64,000 nt of DNA from Octopus sinensis (Eukaryota), in contig NC_043006.1 of assembly GCF_006345805.1 (NCBI RefSeq), positions 62,124,001 to 62,188,000 of the forward strand, given 5' to 3'. Positions 26,081 to 38,656 of this stretch are shown in pieces; the first letter of the stretch is position 1; each line of letters opens with the position of its first letter. A program made the position numbers and the translations under genes. The notes under the pieces are model-generated. The model was not told where the DNA came from and made no database searches. It saw nothing but the letters and a program-made list of their open reading frames with translations.

Positions 26081-27834
26081 TTAGACAGAGGGCTTACAAA
26101 GATCTATGGACGCACACACACTTACACACATACGCACACTCACAGATTCAAGGACAAACAAAGGCACAGTCATGGCCTCAATCTCACACGGACACACACA
26201 TGTACGCATACGCACACACACAGAAACATGCATACAGAAATTCAAACGTACACACAAACACACAGGAATTCACACACATTTGAATGCACACACATACATA
26301 CAAACACTCACACATAAAGTTACACTGACACACAGACACACACTCACACACACATACAGGCAAACACAGGCAAGCACGCTCGTACACATACCCTCCCATA
26401 TATACAGGAAGACGTGCACGCCCACGCATGCTCATGCTCACATACAGATAGGTATCAATTTATTCAACGTTTATCAAACAAAGAAGACGATTTAACTGTC
26501 TCTGAGAGAAACGTTATATGGATGAACGTGTGCGTTTTCGAAGAAAACACAGAGGAAACCAAAACCGCAATCTTATGTATATGAAAAATGACATAGTATT
26601 TAAAACACACACACACACATACGGATGCACACATTTACGCATAAACACACGCATGCAGACATACACACACCCAGTTACTCATCACTCGGATGAATCCCAA
26701 GTTCAAAGAAATGGAAGTAGAGAGACTTCTCACTGAAGGGATTGCAACAATGCGATGAAATAATTATTTGACAAAAGAAAAAACAAGAAATGACAACACG
26801 AACAATACTGAACATTTGAACGATTAAATGTTTGACCAAAGTGGTTAACAAATGAGTTTGAAAAACTAGTAAAAAAACGGCTGATCGCCAAATATGCTAG
26901 CGGAGTAACTAACCCATTTACTAACATTGCAATTAAAGGACCAAACCAGTGCGTGTGTTTATCATTACATGCATAATGCCCCTTCCAAGTACAAAAATAT
27001 CACAAATTCTCATGAAATCTCCCTGAAATCAATTTGTGCAGATTTATACCAAGGGAAGAGAAATGCATTCATAAAATAACCTTGAATTCAGCTTCTCTGC
27101 TTTAGAAAAAGTAGTTGGTTAATGCTCTATCTCCTTTGTTTGATGTATCGAGGGAGATAAGAAGCTAAAAAGAAAACTAACAACATTAATACTCAGTTGA
27201 AAATAGTAACTACAGTAGAAAATCTTTTGCGATAATTTTTTTACATTTGCAGTTCAAATAACACTAAGCTGAAATTTGCGTTTATTTTTTCCAGGGTTGG
27301 CAAGAAATTATTACCATTACAATATATTTGCAATATCATTCTTACACCTAAAACTTTTCATTTTCTCAATATCGGAGACAATTATTAAAACCAGTTTTAA
27401 ATTTAAGCACAAGACTAGCAATTGTAAATGTAGGGGACTATGTGAATTTATCAGTACCAGTTCCTGAGTGGTAGTTAATATACCAATTTCGAAGTGAGCA
27501 TCAAGGCTTAGAACTTGAGGTATTTTTTTTTCCCAACGCTCTAAAAGTTCTGCTAAACCACTATCTTGAAACTATTACAAATAACAAACAGTAATATATA
27601 CTGTAAGTTAATATATCAAAATAGACGTTTTATTAAAATTAAGGCCTTATAATAATAATGACAAGCTTGAATATTAATATTAGCTTTCAGATGTTTAAAT
27701 TAAAAGGCAGGACTTCAAGCATTGATTATTATGAATCTCAACGAAGAAAATCCGAAATTTCCTAATCTGAATTCTCTCTAAATTACATTATAGTTTATAT
27801 TCGTGTCTAAATCAATCCCATCTTAGATTAGTAT

Positions 27835-27982
27835 AATGATGATGATGATGATGTTGATGATGATGAGAGTACAGCAACATTTATCATCGTCATCCTTTTC
27901 GTTATTTATTAATATTATTATTATTATTATTATTATTCTTATTCTTCTTCTTCTTCTTATTATTATTATTATTATTATTGTT

Positions 27983-28050
<68 letters not shown>

Positions 28051-28072
28051 TATTATTATTATTATTATTGTT

Positions 28073-28131
<59 letters not shown>

Positions 28132-28136
28132 TATTA

Positions 28137-28174
<38 letters not shown>

Positions 28175-28180
28175 ATTATA

Positions 28181-28221
<41 letters not shown>
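27835..28221. repeat. (GAT)n and long (ATT)n microsatellite
   Basis: Direct reading. Confidence 0.97.
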
Positions 28222-28222
<1 letters not shown>

Positions 28223-29577
28223 ACTTCAATGTGAAGCTGCATTATTAATCCTCCAGTGCTTCAATCAAAGCAATATTTGCAGCACTAATGTCTAAAGCCC
28301 ACACTCGTGGGGAAGATCCAAATTTCCTATATCCGAATATTTCATTCCAAATAAATCATAATCATAATTGAAGTTTATATCTGAATCAATCGATATTTTA
28401 TTTATTAGAACCATGTCCATTTCAATAAAACGTCCAGGATTTTACAATTTGATCTCATGACATCACTGAAGTGTGTTATATACAAGTTTGTAGAGATGCT
28501 GCCTATCTTAATGATATTAATGACATAATTGAAGTGACTTATATAGTGCTAACATGTATAATCAGAGGTTAATGTATGATCGATGCTTACCTTTTATTTT
28601 ACGGAGCTTTCATTCAAACGAGCTAATGTAATATTTCGCTAGTATTAAACCACATAATTACGAGATAACAGTGTAGTATAATTAATTCACTCGTACACAT
28701 GAATGACATGCTTAACAAGTATAATCTAACGATAACCCTGGAGTTATAACTGTTGAAAAACTTAGATAACTTAAGTCAAATAAACTTTTGTTCAAACATC
28801 TTCTAACCCTAACCCCTACTGCGTTTCTCGGGGAGATTTCATCATTACGTAAGATAATGCATTTTCTGTTTTAAATTCCGGCATATATAAAGTTCAGGTG
28901 ATTACTTTGTTGTCGGCGGTAAATACAGGAACTTGTGAGGAATTCTCCCAGCAAAATGAATCTTAATAACTACGGGGATTCGCAATTCAAAGGCGATAAG
29001 CTTATTTTTTAAAAATCTCAAATGAATCAGGAAACGTTCCTATCGACAAGCTATTGAAAGGTACAAATTACATATATTTCCTTTTTGTTTTCACAGTATT
29101 GGCCTATCCCTGTATAAGATCTCTACATATATAATTCTGTTACTAGTATGTTGTCTTATATTAGTACTAATTCCGCACCAACATAACATACAATAGAGAG
29201 TTACATTTTTAACGTTAAAGAAGCAGCAATAGACATCGAGAAGGAGGGCGACACTTATTGATATACAAACGCAGGGAGTGAGAGAAAGCGATAAACAGCC
29301 TGCTGGGAACCACCAGAAACAAACAAGGAAACTATAGAATAGTACAAGACATACTGCAGAGTTAATAAGATTTAGACCTGTTTTTCTGTGTATTTATGCA
29401 AGTTATCGATATTATACTTTTATATCTCTAGAAGTAACTTCACCAGTTACGTAGGGACAACTTATCCGTTTCTACAATACAAACGCGTTTTATTCTTTTC
29501 AAATATTTTTATTTTATTTTGCTTTCTTTGAATCTGCATGTTTGATGCAACTACTTCCCAGGACACACCCAGTGCCC

Positions 29578-30119
29578 GAGGGCAAATGAAGTTCGTCTTA
29601 ACTTTCAAGAAATTGGATATTTTTTTAATGAAATTCTTTACAAATATACTTCGGACGATTGGATTCTGAGGACAGGAATTTGGGGGTAAAACAATTGGAG
29701 CTTATTTTCGAGAACCGTTCCATACTCGGGAGTGTTTCGGAACAAGTGGTCTATATTTGTTTCATTTTCTCCGTTTTGTACGTTTGTGCCTCTGTAGATT
29801 TCTACTGAAGCAACAAACTGGCAATGAAGGCAAATAAATTCCTCACCAGAAATCCCGTTATGCTAAAAAATAACAGCTAAATGTCTGATACACAGAAATA
29901 TGTTATTAAGACGACTTATCTGTTGCAAATGATCTTTTTTCACTTTAAGTAAATTCCCAGGAAACGTTTCCAATAGAAAAACAGAAGACACCAGAAGCAA
30001 AAGTAAGTAATATACACGCACAGGTAAATATATAAGTATAAATATAATTTGTTACCTAATTTCTATAATAAACCTGATATTGAATGAAATAATTTCCCGT
30101 TTGAACCTTTTTAATTACA

Positions 30120-30163
<44 letters not shown>

Positions 30164-30454
30164 GTGCGTGTGTCTATATGCGTGCGCGTGTGTGTGTGTG
30201 TGTGTATATATGTGTGTGTGATGTGTAGAAATCTACGTATGCTCAAACGCACTAAGCGGAGAAAATGAAACAAATATGAACGACACATTCCGAATCACCC
30301 CCGAGTAGGGAATGGTTTTCAGAAATAAACCTCAATTGTTTTTACCCAAATATTGCTATGTCCTCTGATTCTACATAGTCCGAGGTATATTTGTTGATAG
30401 TTTCAATTAAAAATATCCATTTTCTTGAAAGTTAACATGAATTGAATTTGACTC
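29578..30454. mobile_element. Non-autonomous TIR element with about 225-bp diverged TIRs
   Basis: 29578..29805 versus 30225..30454, e.g. ttaactttcaagaaa/tttcttgaaagttaa, atatttgtttcattttctccg, gtagatttctac. Confidence 0.75.
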
Positions 30455-30779
30455 CAGTGAATTTTCTGAGATTCTCCACCCCACCCTTTTTCGTTCAAAA
30501 ATATTCATTTTTCCGGAGGTTATGATCATCCAAAACGGGTGTGCAAAAATCTGTAGTTATGCCTTGGTAGTGTTCCCCTTACATCATAAACGCGGTAATG
30601 TCATTTGGTGAAAATGGCTTATTGATGTGTTTTGTTCCTTTTTTACCCTGAAGAGATTAATGCATTCATATACGTCATTTTATTCCCTCTGGAATAATCG
30701 CAATATGTTGGAAATATAAATGATTGGAATAACACCTGCGTATGACTCTATTTCTTAATTTATCCATGTTATACAAAAA

Positions 30780-31200
30780 CATATCACTAACTCTGGAACT
30801 TCTACTTCGTGCCACAAAACCACAATGACAGGTATAGTTTCTATTTAGAGGAGCAGCGTTTTGCTAGCATGACTTCATGCTTGCACGAAATTGGTCCCAA
30901 AGGTGGAGTCGACTTTGCTTAAATCTTTCAATTGAAGAGAAGTAGGACTGGCGCCAGATCCTGCGTTCTAATTCTTTGTATTCCCAAGAAGAACAGGGAT
31001 TGTTGTTTCGCTTCAGAGTCTTTGAGTTTCTCTTTGAAGCGTAAGCGTGGTCTTCCAGCTGACCTTCCTGTTGAGAATTGGCCACAGAGAAGTTACTTCA
31101 GAATTCTGATATCACTCATACGTGAGATTTGACCTCACCGCCTAAGCTTTATTTTGATGAGGATGGCTTCGATACCTGATACGTTGCATTTTGTCAGTAC
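30780..31200 (-). pseudogene. RTE-clade LINE C-terminal fragment
   Basis: GRSAGRPRLRFKEKLK..LKRNN..WEYKELERRIWR. Confidence 0.75.
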
Positions 31201-31877
31201 CTCACTCTTATGGATATGGTCAATTGTTTTATGTTGGAAATCGTATGCAAGCATCGCATATGAAAGTTACCAGAAATATCATTCAAATATCAGTTTATTA
31301 CTTCATATATCATATGAATTTTAAACATGTTTGTGTGGGGCCAAAATCTACAGAGAAAATACAAGAATAGTGAACTTTCGCTTTCAAAATCAAACTGACA
31401 TTATTCGATTTCAAATGTTGATAGAGACTTGCCTGTCCAAATTAGTAACACTAATAATACTTTTAATGATAACCATAATAGCATCTAAGGGAGGATTTTG
31501 GTTTTGTCCTCGTATATTAGCATTCGCAATTAGCTAATTTATTCACAGATCAAAATAAATTACTGTTCAAAATCATATTACATCAATTGAATATGGATTT
31601 GAAACTCGTGTATTTGGTATATTCAAAACATTGCGGTCATGGAAGTTGAAAAGAATTTTGAGCAGCATAAATATACATCTGCCACAATAGATATTTTTGT
31701 TTTGCAAAGACTACTATCAATCGTTAACAATCACCATAGATCTAAAAGTATTCCTGAGCTCATGCTACTTCGGACTTTCTATCGATCTATAACTTGTTCT
31801 TCATTGATCGTGCCCGTTTCTCTGGCTCATAATAAAAAAAGTACTTCATTGTTTGCATTTGTAGTAAAACTTTAGTT

Positions 31878-32097
31878 GGTGCAGAATCGTTAGCACGCAG
31901 GGCGAAATGCGTAGCAGTATTTCGTCTGCCGTTACGTTCTGAGTTCAAATTCCGCCGAGGTCGACTTTGCCTTTCATCCTTTCGGGGTCGATAAATAAAG
32001 TACCAGTCACGCACTGGGGTCGATGTAATCGACTTAATTCCTTTGTCTGTCTTTGTTTGCCCCCTCTATGTTTAGCCCCTGTGGGTAGTAAAGAAAT
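31878..32097 (+). mobile_element. SINE family A, well preserved
   Basis: gcagaatcgttagcacg..gagttcaaattccgccgaggtcgactttgcc..ggggtcgatgtaatcgactta..agtaaagaaata. Confidence 0.92.
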
Positions 32098-34149
32098 ATA
32101 TTCTAATTCTTTGGGTTACAGTGGAAAAATTTAGACGCAAACAAATATAGGTAAAATACTTTTAAAACCTGAGGGGAAACTATTTTTAAATGATAAATTG
32201 ACTGTAACACGACATGGATACTATAGTTTTATGAGGCCCGGATTGTATTTTAAATACTGATATTTAACAGTTAAATGCTAATTGTCGATAGTGGCAATCT
32301 GCCACAGCATCTGCCACTTCAGCTAAAACTTGTCATTTCAGTGATCAATATTTTGGACACCGTTGTGTTTTCTTACAAGCTGTAGTATTTGAAGAGGAAT
32401 TATTTAAGAGGAAACATTAAATAGAAAATTAAATAATACAACAGCTTTGGTACAGCGTTTCAATTTTTGTTCTCATTCACACATGACAAAGTTACAGTGC
32501 TTTGAATATAACATGCACAATAATTAAAAAGCTGGGAGGAATTTGAAATAATGTATTTCAGGATTCACATGGCTGGCTCCGTTTTGCGCCTCAGATGAAA
32601 ACAATACAAAACAAAAATTTGAGGTTAGCCTACCGTGACTAAATACTTATCATATTTTCAAAATCGTAGGAGTGTGTAGTGAAACAACTAAATCCAAGCT
32701 CAGATAACAACAGTAATAATTTTGAAAATAAATAGTTGCGACATAAAATACGGACGATTAAATTTCAATAAGGTAAAATGCGGACACGACAAAATGGCAC
32801 GACAAAATAATGTAGTCACATTACTAACATCAAAAACGAAAGCTATAATTGTTTTTAGCAAACACATTATGAAACATAATGCATTTTTAAACTTAAACAA
32901 TATAATAAAAGAGGCAGGTTGCCAAAAAGAAGGACACGTTTTAATTTTAATATCAATAGAAAAAGAGGTCTACAAAAAATGAAAATCATTTTCAAATGAA
33001 AGTAGTTCATTTAAAGGCAAGAAACAGGAATTTTATGAAAGCACGGAGATTGGCATAAAAGTCGATTTTTATTGGAGTGTTTCTCAAGGTAACATACAGT
33101 TTTACTCATCAAATTGGAAACAAAATATGTTTATTCATGAAGTACTTCTGAGCAAGTTTGCTTGAGTTGGATTTATCAAAAGTGTTTAAATATTGTCGAT
33201 TAATTTATCAAAATACTTTCTATTGAAGGCAAGGACTCCCCTAGAGGGTATTTTTTCTCCTACGTGCATGAGATTTAATTTGGCTGTCTAGAAATCATAG
33301 TTTCATTTCACATGTTAGGGACGTTTTATAACCCAGCTTAATAATTCTGAACAGTGTTCATTCAAAATATTCAGCAATCTTCATCGTAGTACTCTTTTGG
33401 TTCGTCCTCTAGAGAGTACACAGGGTCGTGATATACACGCACTTTGTAATGGAAAAAACATAAAGCTACTGGTATTTTGACAAAACATCCTTTATAAATT
33501 TGTTTCTCAAACAGCAGTGTGTTTAATTTCTATTCTTCAGCCCAAACAAGAGCACAATTCAAATTACATTTACTTACAGTTGAAGACTTGGTGAAAATTG
33601 CATGAACATATTATACAGAACCAATTCTCGACTCGAATATCAGAGTCTAAGTTAAGCACTGTATAAATTCGTAGACAGGAAAGTTGATATTCATCTACTT
33701 AGCCATCCTCTCCTTAGCTTATCTTAGCTGTAATGGAACAAATTGTATGAACACTCTCGGAGGAGAATTACCACCTTTCGCTGAAGCATGCCAAATCATA
33801 ACTGCAAAAATAATGACTAAATGAAGAGTTTCGAATGTAATCGTAGAGAAGGGGTATATTCAAATTAACAATTACTGAAAAATGCACGAGTCTCCGGTCA
33901 GAAAAAACTCTAACCCTTATATCTTAATAACTCCGCAATTCGAACCAGTACTAGACCATTCGCCAGAGCAGGACACTTCAGTAAATTTAACTTTCAATTC
34001 CTAAGACAAAAGAACAACTTTCATCCATCATCACATAAAATAATCATGAGAAATCTGACTGCCCATTAACTACATGCAGTCCATTCACTTTTCCCTTGAT
34101 GATAAGAAGATACATGCATGCCGTACTGCCTTACCACCCCGAAAAGAAT

Positions 34150-35200
34150 TGCATTACTTTGTTGCGATCTGTGCAAGAACATCTCTATAACCACGCAAAC
34201 CAAACACGCGCACAAAACCTTGCTCATTATATCACTTCTACACATTGTACATTTTCTGCTATTAAATATACGTGTTATTTTTAGGAACAACAAAAATTAT
34301 ATGTATCATTTTGAACAATAGAAACGGAGGGGCAAGTCTTATATATACTCAAGCTTTGAATCACACACCTGCCAACAATGTTAGGTGGTAGTTCTCAACC
34401 AATAACACTGTTCCGGAAACATTCCTAAGTGTTTCTAATAGATAACAGATACACCTTTGCATAGATGGGAATCAAGATAATTGAAACATCATTCTGTAGT
34501 TAAGCAGTGCTAACATGTACTTCCCATACGAAAGTATAATTTGCCAAACAATCCGGCAGTTATACGTTGGCAGGAAGACTAGTGAAATTGTAATAACTTT
34601 ACGATATAAAGCGAAGGTTTCAGCAATTTAAGAGCCCCTCAGCATTCTATACCACGGATACTGTACGCCTCCATTTGCTAATTTATTACACATATGAAGC
34701 CCAAGAAATTTACGACAATTATAACAAGCATTAATGTTATACTGAGCATAAAAGTAATGAAGATCACGGCATCGTTCCCTTCAGGATATACTGAAATTTT
34801 CTACCATAAAACTGGAAATATTACAAGCGAAATAAATCGCATTTTACATATCCAAATAAAATGCAGTAGCACGATTTTTCCAGAGCAATTTCGACTCTTC
34901 TTGTGCGGCTAACGAGTATTACCCATAAGATACTAAGGAGAACAAAATCTCATTGATTATAAAACATAGCCACATATATATTAATCGAATAAGTAGAACT
35001 GCATCATCCTCCCTACTGCACGAACTGAGACATTTATGAATGGTTTTAGAAAGTTTAAGCTTTCTGTCGAAGTAACACTGGAAGACAAACCTCAGATAGA
35101 CCACTCATGTAGCTACAGTAACTTATGAGTCGAATAGCCTTTCAGAAATAAAATGAAATTGGACAATTTGAAAAATATGCTTTTATGCAATGAGTAGAAG
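34150..35200 (-). pseudogene. Possible highly decayed piggyBac-like transposase
   Basis: Terminal Cys cluster RKCTMC..C..C; upstream weak echoes of YFGRH and GGVD motifs across frameshifts. Confidence 0.3.
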
Positions 35201-36228
35201 CATCATTGAAATCATACTAGGTTATTAACTGATCCAAATACTTTACAATAATTGGCTACATTCCATTGCATTCCGTATACAAATTTCATGGTTTATGCCG
35301 TATATTGCATCATCCTAGTTAGTCGATTTCAACGCTCATGAAGAAATGTGATATTAGTAAAGGCGATGTTTGGTAGAATAGATGATAGAATAGTGTATTC
35401 TGAGTTTGGTTTCTACCGTGAAAACAACGTCTATTATCCTTACCGGGATCAATAAATGAATTTCTTGAGTTGTTTTCATTCACTACACCTTTTTTTTTCT
35501 GATTAGTATAGATTAGCTTCTGTTACACTGTATAAAATAAATATAATAATCTATTACTGTTTCGGAAAATACTATTTTGTATCAGCTTGAATAACTGGGA
35601 CAACGAAATTTTAAATCATTTGCAAGAATTTGAACTTAGAGTTTATAGAATTAAAACAAAACAAAGCAACCCATTTCATCTAGCTAACATTAACTAACTT
35701 CCTTTTGCAGAAGAAATAATGAACATGGATAACTAAATTTAGTAACATATTGTAGTAATGCGCAACTTGTCTGATCGTTGTTCAAATTTGTTCATGTCAA
35801 ATTCTTATTTACTGTTTTATTTGAATCAATGACAGCATGACTTAAGTTCCAGTTATTGCCAATATATTTACATATTACCATTCTAAGATTGTAGGAGAGA
35901 TGTTGTAGAGGAAATTACTATGTCAAACCTTTCTGTACATAGTGATATTTGAACTAGTATTGAATGAGTGACATATTTATATCTCAAACAAAATTGCAAT
36001 GTTTCCAGTGACATTAAGTCAAATAGTGGATTCTAGACGTCAATCACATAGTAATTTCGTTTCTTATGTCTGAAATCCCGCAATATAAGACACGTTAATA
36101 AAATATATCACATGCGTCTGGTTTCATTTAGTCCCTAAATACTTTCGGCTATTCAGAAGACAGACGGTATCAGTGGATCGGTGGAAGAGACGGCGTTCTC
36201 CTTTACTGTCTACCCACCCTATATATAT

Positions 36229-36311
<83 letters not shown>

Positions 36312-36375
36312 TGTGTGTGTGTGTGTGCGTGTGTTTGTGTATGGTATTTCTCTATTTCTCACTCTATCTCTCGCG

Positions 36376-36426
<51 letters not shown>

Positions 36427-37087
36427 AGTAAGTCTAGTAACCAGTTGATCTAGCAAGCAGGGCCTCATGACAGTGCACGATTATATTACTGAGAAAGCGG
36501 CTCGGAAAATCCAAAACAGTGCACATACTCTCATTATGACTCAATAAGCCGAATAGTGGCCGCTTTGCGGAACTTTCAGTTGGTAGCACCTGCAACTACA
36601 AGTCGTTTGCGAACTGGCAGGTAAATCAATCAGTACAGAGTCAGAGCAGAGATTATGCAGATTATGTAAAAGGAAGAGCCAGGAACGACAGTCAATCCTC
36701 GCAAATATCGTACGTATTGCAACAACAAATGAACAGATTGACTGATAAACACGCACACAGGCACACACACACTCATACACACACACTCACACATACTCAC
36801 ACACATACACATACATGCAATAATTAAAATAAAAGAGAATATAGAAACTGGTTCATGCGAAATTTATTTCCTTTTATTTTACGATGTCATACAGCATATT
36901 CTTTATGGCTACGACGACCTCCACATGCTTCCGCTGCACAGAGTATGTGCAGTTGTATATGCAACCGGATATACATTTATGTGTAACTTCATTCAGGGTC
37001 AATAGCCGACACACAGATAGGTGGGAATAGAAACCTAGAGACCTATGTTCTTAACATCCAGACAATGCCCTATCTTTACCTAATCTA

Positions 37088-37482
37088 TTTTACTCTTTTA
37101 CTTTTTTCAGTCATTTTGACTGCGGCCATGCTGGATCACCGCCTTTAGTCGAGCAAATCGACCCCAGGACTTAACCTTTGTAAGCATAGTACTTATTCTA
37201 TCGGTCTCTTTTGCCGAACCGCTATGTTACGGGGACGTAAACACACCATCATCAGTTGTGAAGCAATGTTGTGGGCACAAACACAGACACACAAACACAC
37301 ACACATATGTATACATATATACAACGGGATTCTTTCAGTTTCCGTCTATCAAATTCACTCAGAAAGACTTGGTCGGCCCGAGGCTATAATAGAAAGCACT
37401 TGACCAAGGTGCCACGTAGTGGGACTGAACCCGGAACCATGTGCTTGGTAAGCAAGCTACTTACCTCAAAGCAACTCCTGCT
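37088..37482 (-). mobile_element. SINE family B
   Basis: Colinear with 18077..18510. Confidence 0.9.
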
Positions 37483-37898
37483 CCTATAATCTGCTAAATA
37501 TTCTTTTACTTTTCATTACAAAACATACTATATACCACAAATACCTGAATAACTAAAAGCTTAGAGTGAACCACTCTAAGATAAAATATATTACAAGAAA
37601 TATACTTGAAAGTAAGTTTATGAATTACCAATCTGCTACAATACACAAAGAAACCCGCTAAAACAGTAACATAATTTTGACCTGATTAGACTCCGAGCCG
37701 CAACTGCTGTGAAGCTGAGGTCAACCATACTAGTTTACAGCAAGATCAAATTTCAAATTCAAAGCAACTTTCACTCGCTTTCCCCTGAACATTAACCAGT
37801 AAAGAAGTAATTGCTAGCTTCCATGATATCCGTCCGGATAGTATATCCCTCTAAACTCTCTCTCTCTCCCTCTCCCTCTCTCGTACACACATACACAC

Positions 37899-37934
<36 letters not shown>

Positions 37935-37942
<8 letters not shown>

Positions 37943-38368
37943 GTCAAGATAGAAAATGCTAAAACAATTTTATAAAGAACATTTCAGTACCGGTTTCGGT
38001 CATTTTGAGACATTTTCAACTGTAACGATTAAATAATCAAATTTAGAAAAATTAAAAGAAAAGTTTTTTAAAGAATATTTGTATAGTGTTCAAATATAAG
38101 TGGCATTTTCCTTCTTTCTGCCTTTCTCTGTCTCTCTTCTTTGCACTTGTGTGTTCGAGGTCATTGTGAATTCTTGGTAGGGTAGAAGTAGAAGAAGAAG
38201 AAGGTTGATGAGAAGAAGGGGTGGAAAAATTTGGGAGTGCCTTGATTGTCGTATTTTGAATGGTCAGTGAGGGCTAGCAGTTGCAGTTCAATTCAGGAGA
38301 ATATTTCTATTGAAAAGTTTGTTTATGGAATTTGTGTAGGTGTTATACTAAAAGCATTAGTGATAAAG

Positions 38369-38370
<2 letters not shown>
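37935..38370 (-). mobile_element. PLE 3' fragment between (TA)n tracts, same family as 1..250
   Basis: EN terminus KYSPELN followed by a UTR and an HHR. Confidence 0.75.
37985..38022 (-). ncRNA. Minimal hammerhead ribozyme, U3-A8 variant, second copy
   Basis: cag-TTGAAAA-tgtc(tcaaaat)gacc-GAAA-ccgg-TA-ctg; first stem II pair is broken. Confidence 0.65.
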
Positions 38371-38436
<66 letters not shown>

Positions 38437-38460
38437 TCATATATATATATATATATATAT

Positions 38461-38498
<38 letters not shown>

Positions 38499-38535
38499 AA
38501 GAGAGTTTACGAAAAAACAAAACAATAGAAAAAGT

Positions 38536-38571
38536 ATTTTACGTTTCGAGCCTACGCTCTTCTACAGAAAG
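38536..38571 (-). ncRNA. Hammerhead-like motif with CUGUAGA+A core, in PLE-type end 38500..38640
   Basis: cttt-CTGTAGA-a-gagc(gtag)gctc-GAAA-cg-TA-aaat. Confidence 0.55.
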
Positions 38572-38656
38572 GGACACAGAAAACAAGGAGAGAAACAAGG
38601 AGAGAAAAAAATGTGTGTAGTGGCTAACGATTTATCATGGCGTCTGATATATATAT

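Noticed and set aside
27823-28242. Poly-Ile and poly-Leu ORFs (also 44259..44706) and the many YIYI/CVCV/HTHT ORFs
   Set aside because: These are translations of (ATT)n, (TA)n and (CA)n microsatellites, not genes.
28803-28817. ctaaccctaacccta telomere-like motif
   Set aside because: Only about two units; expected by chance.
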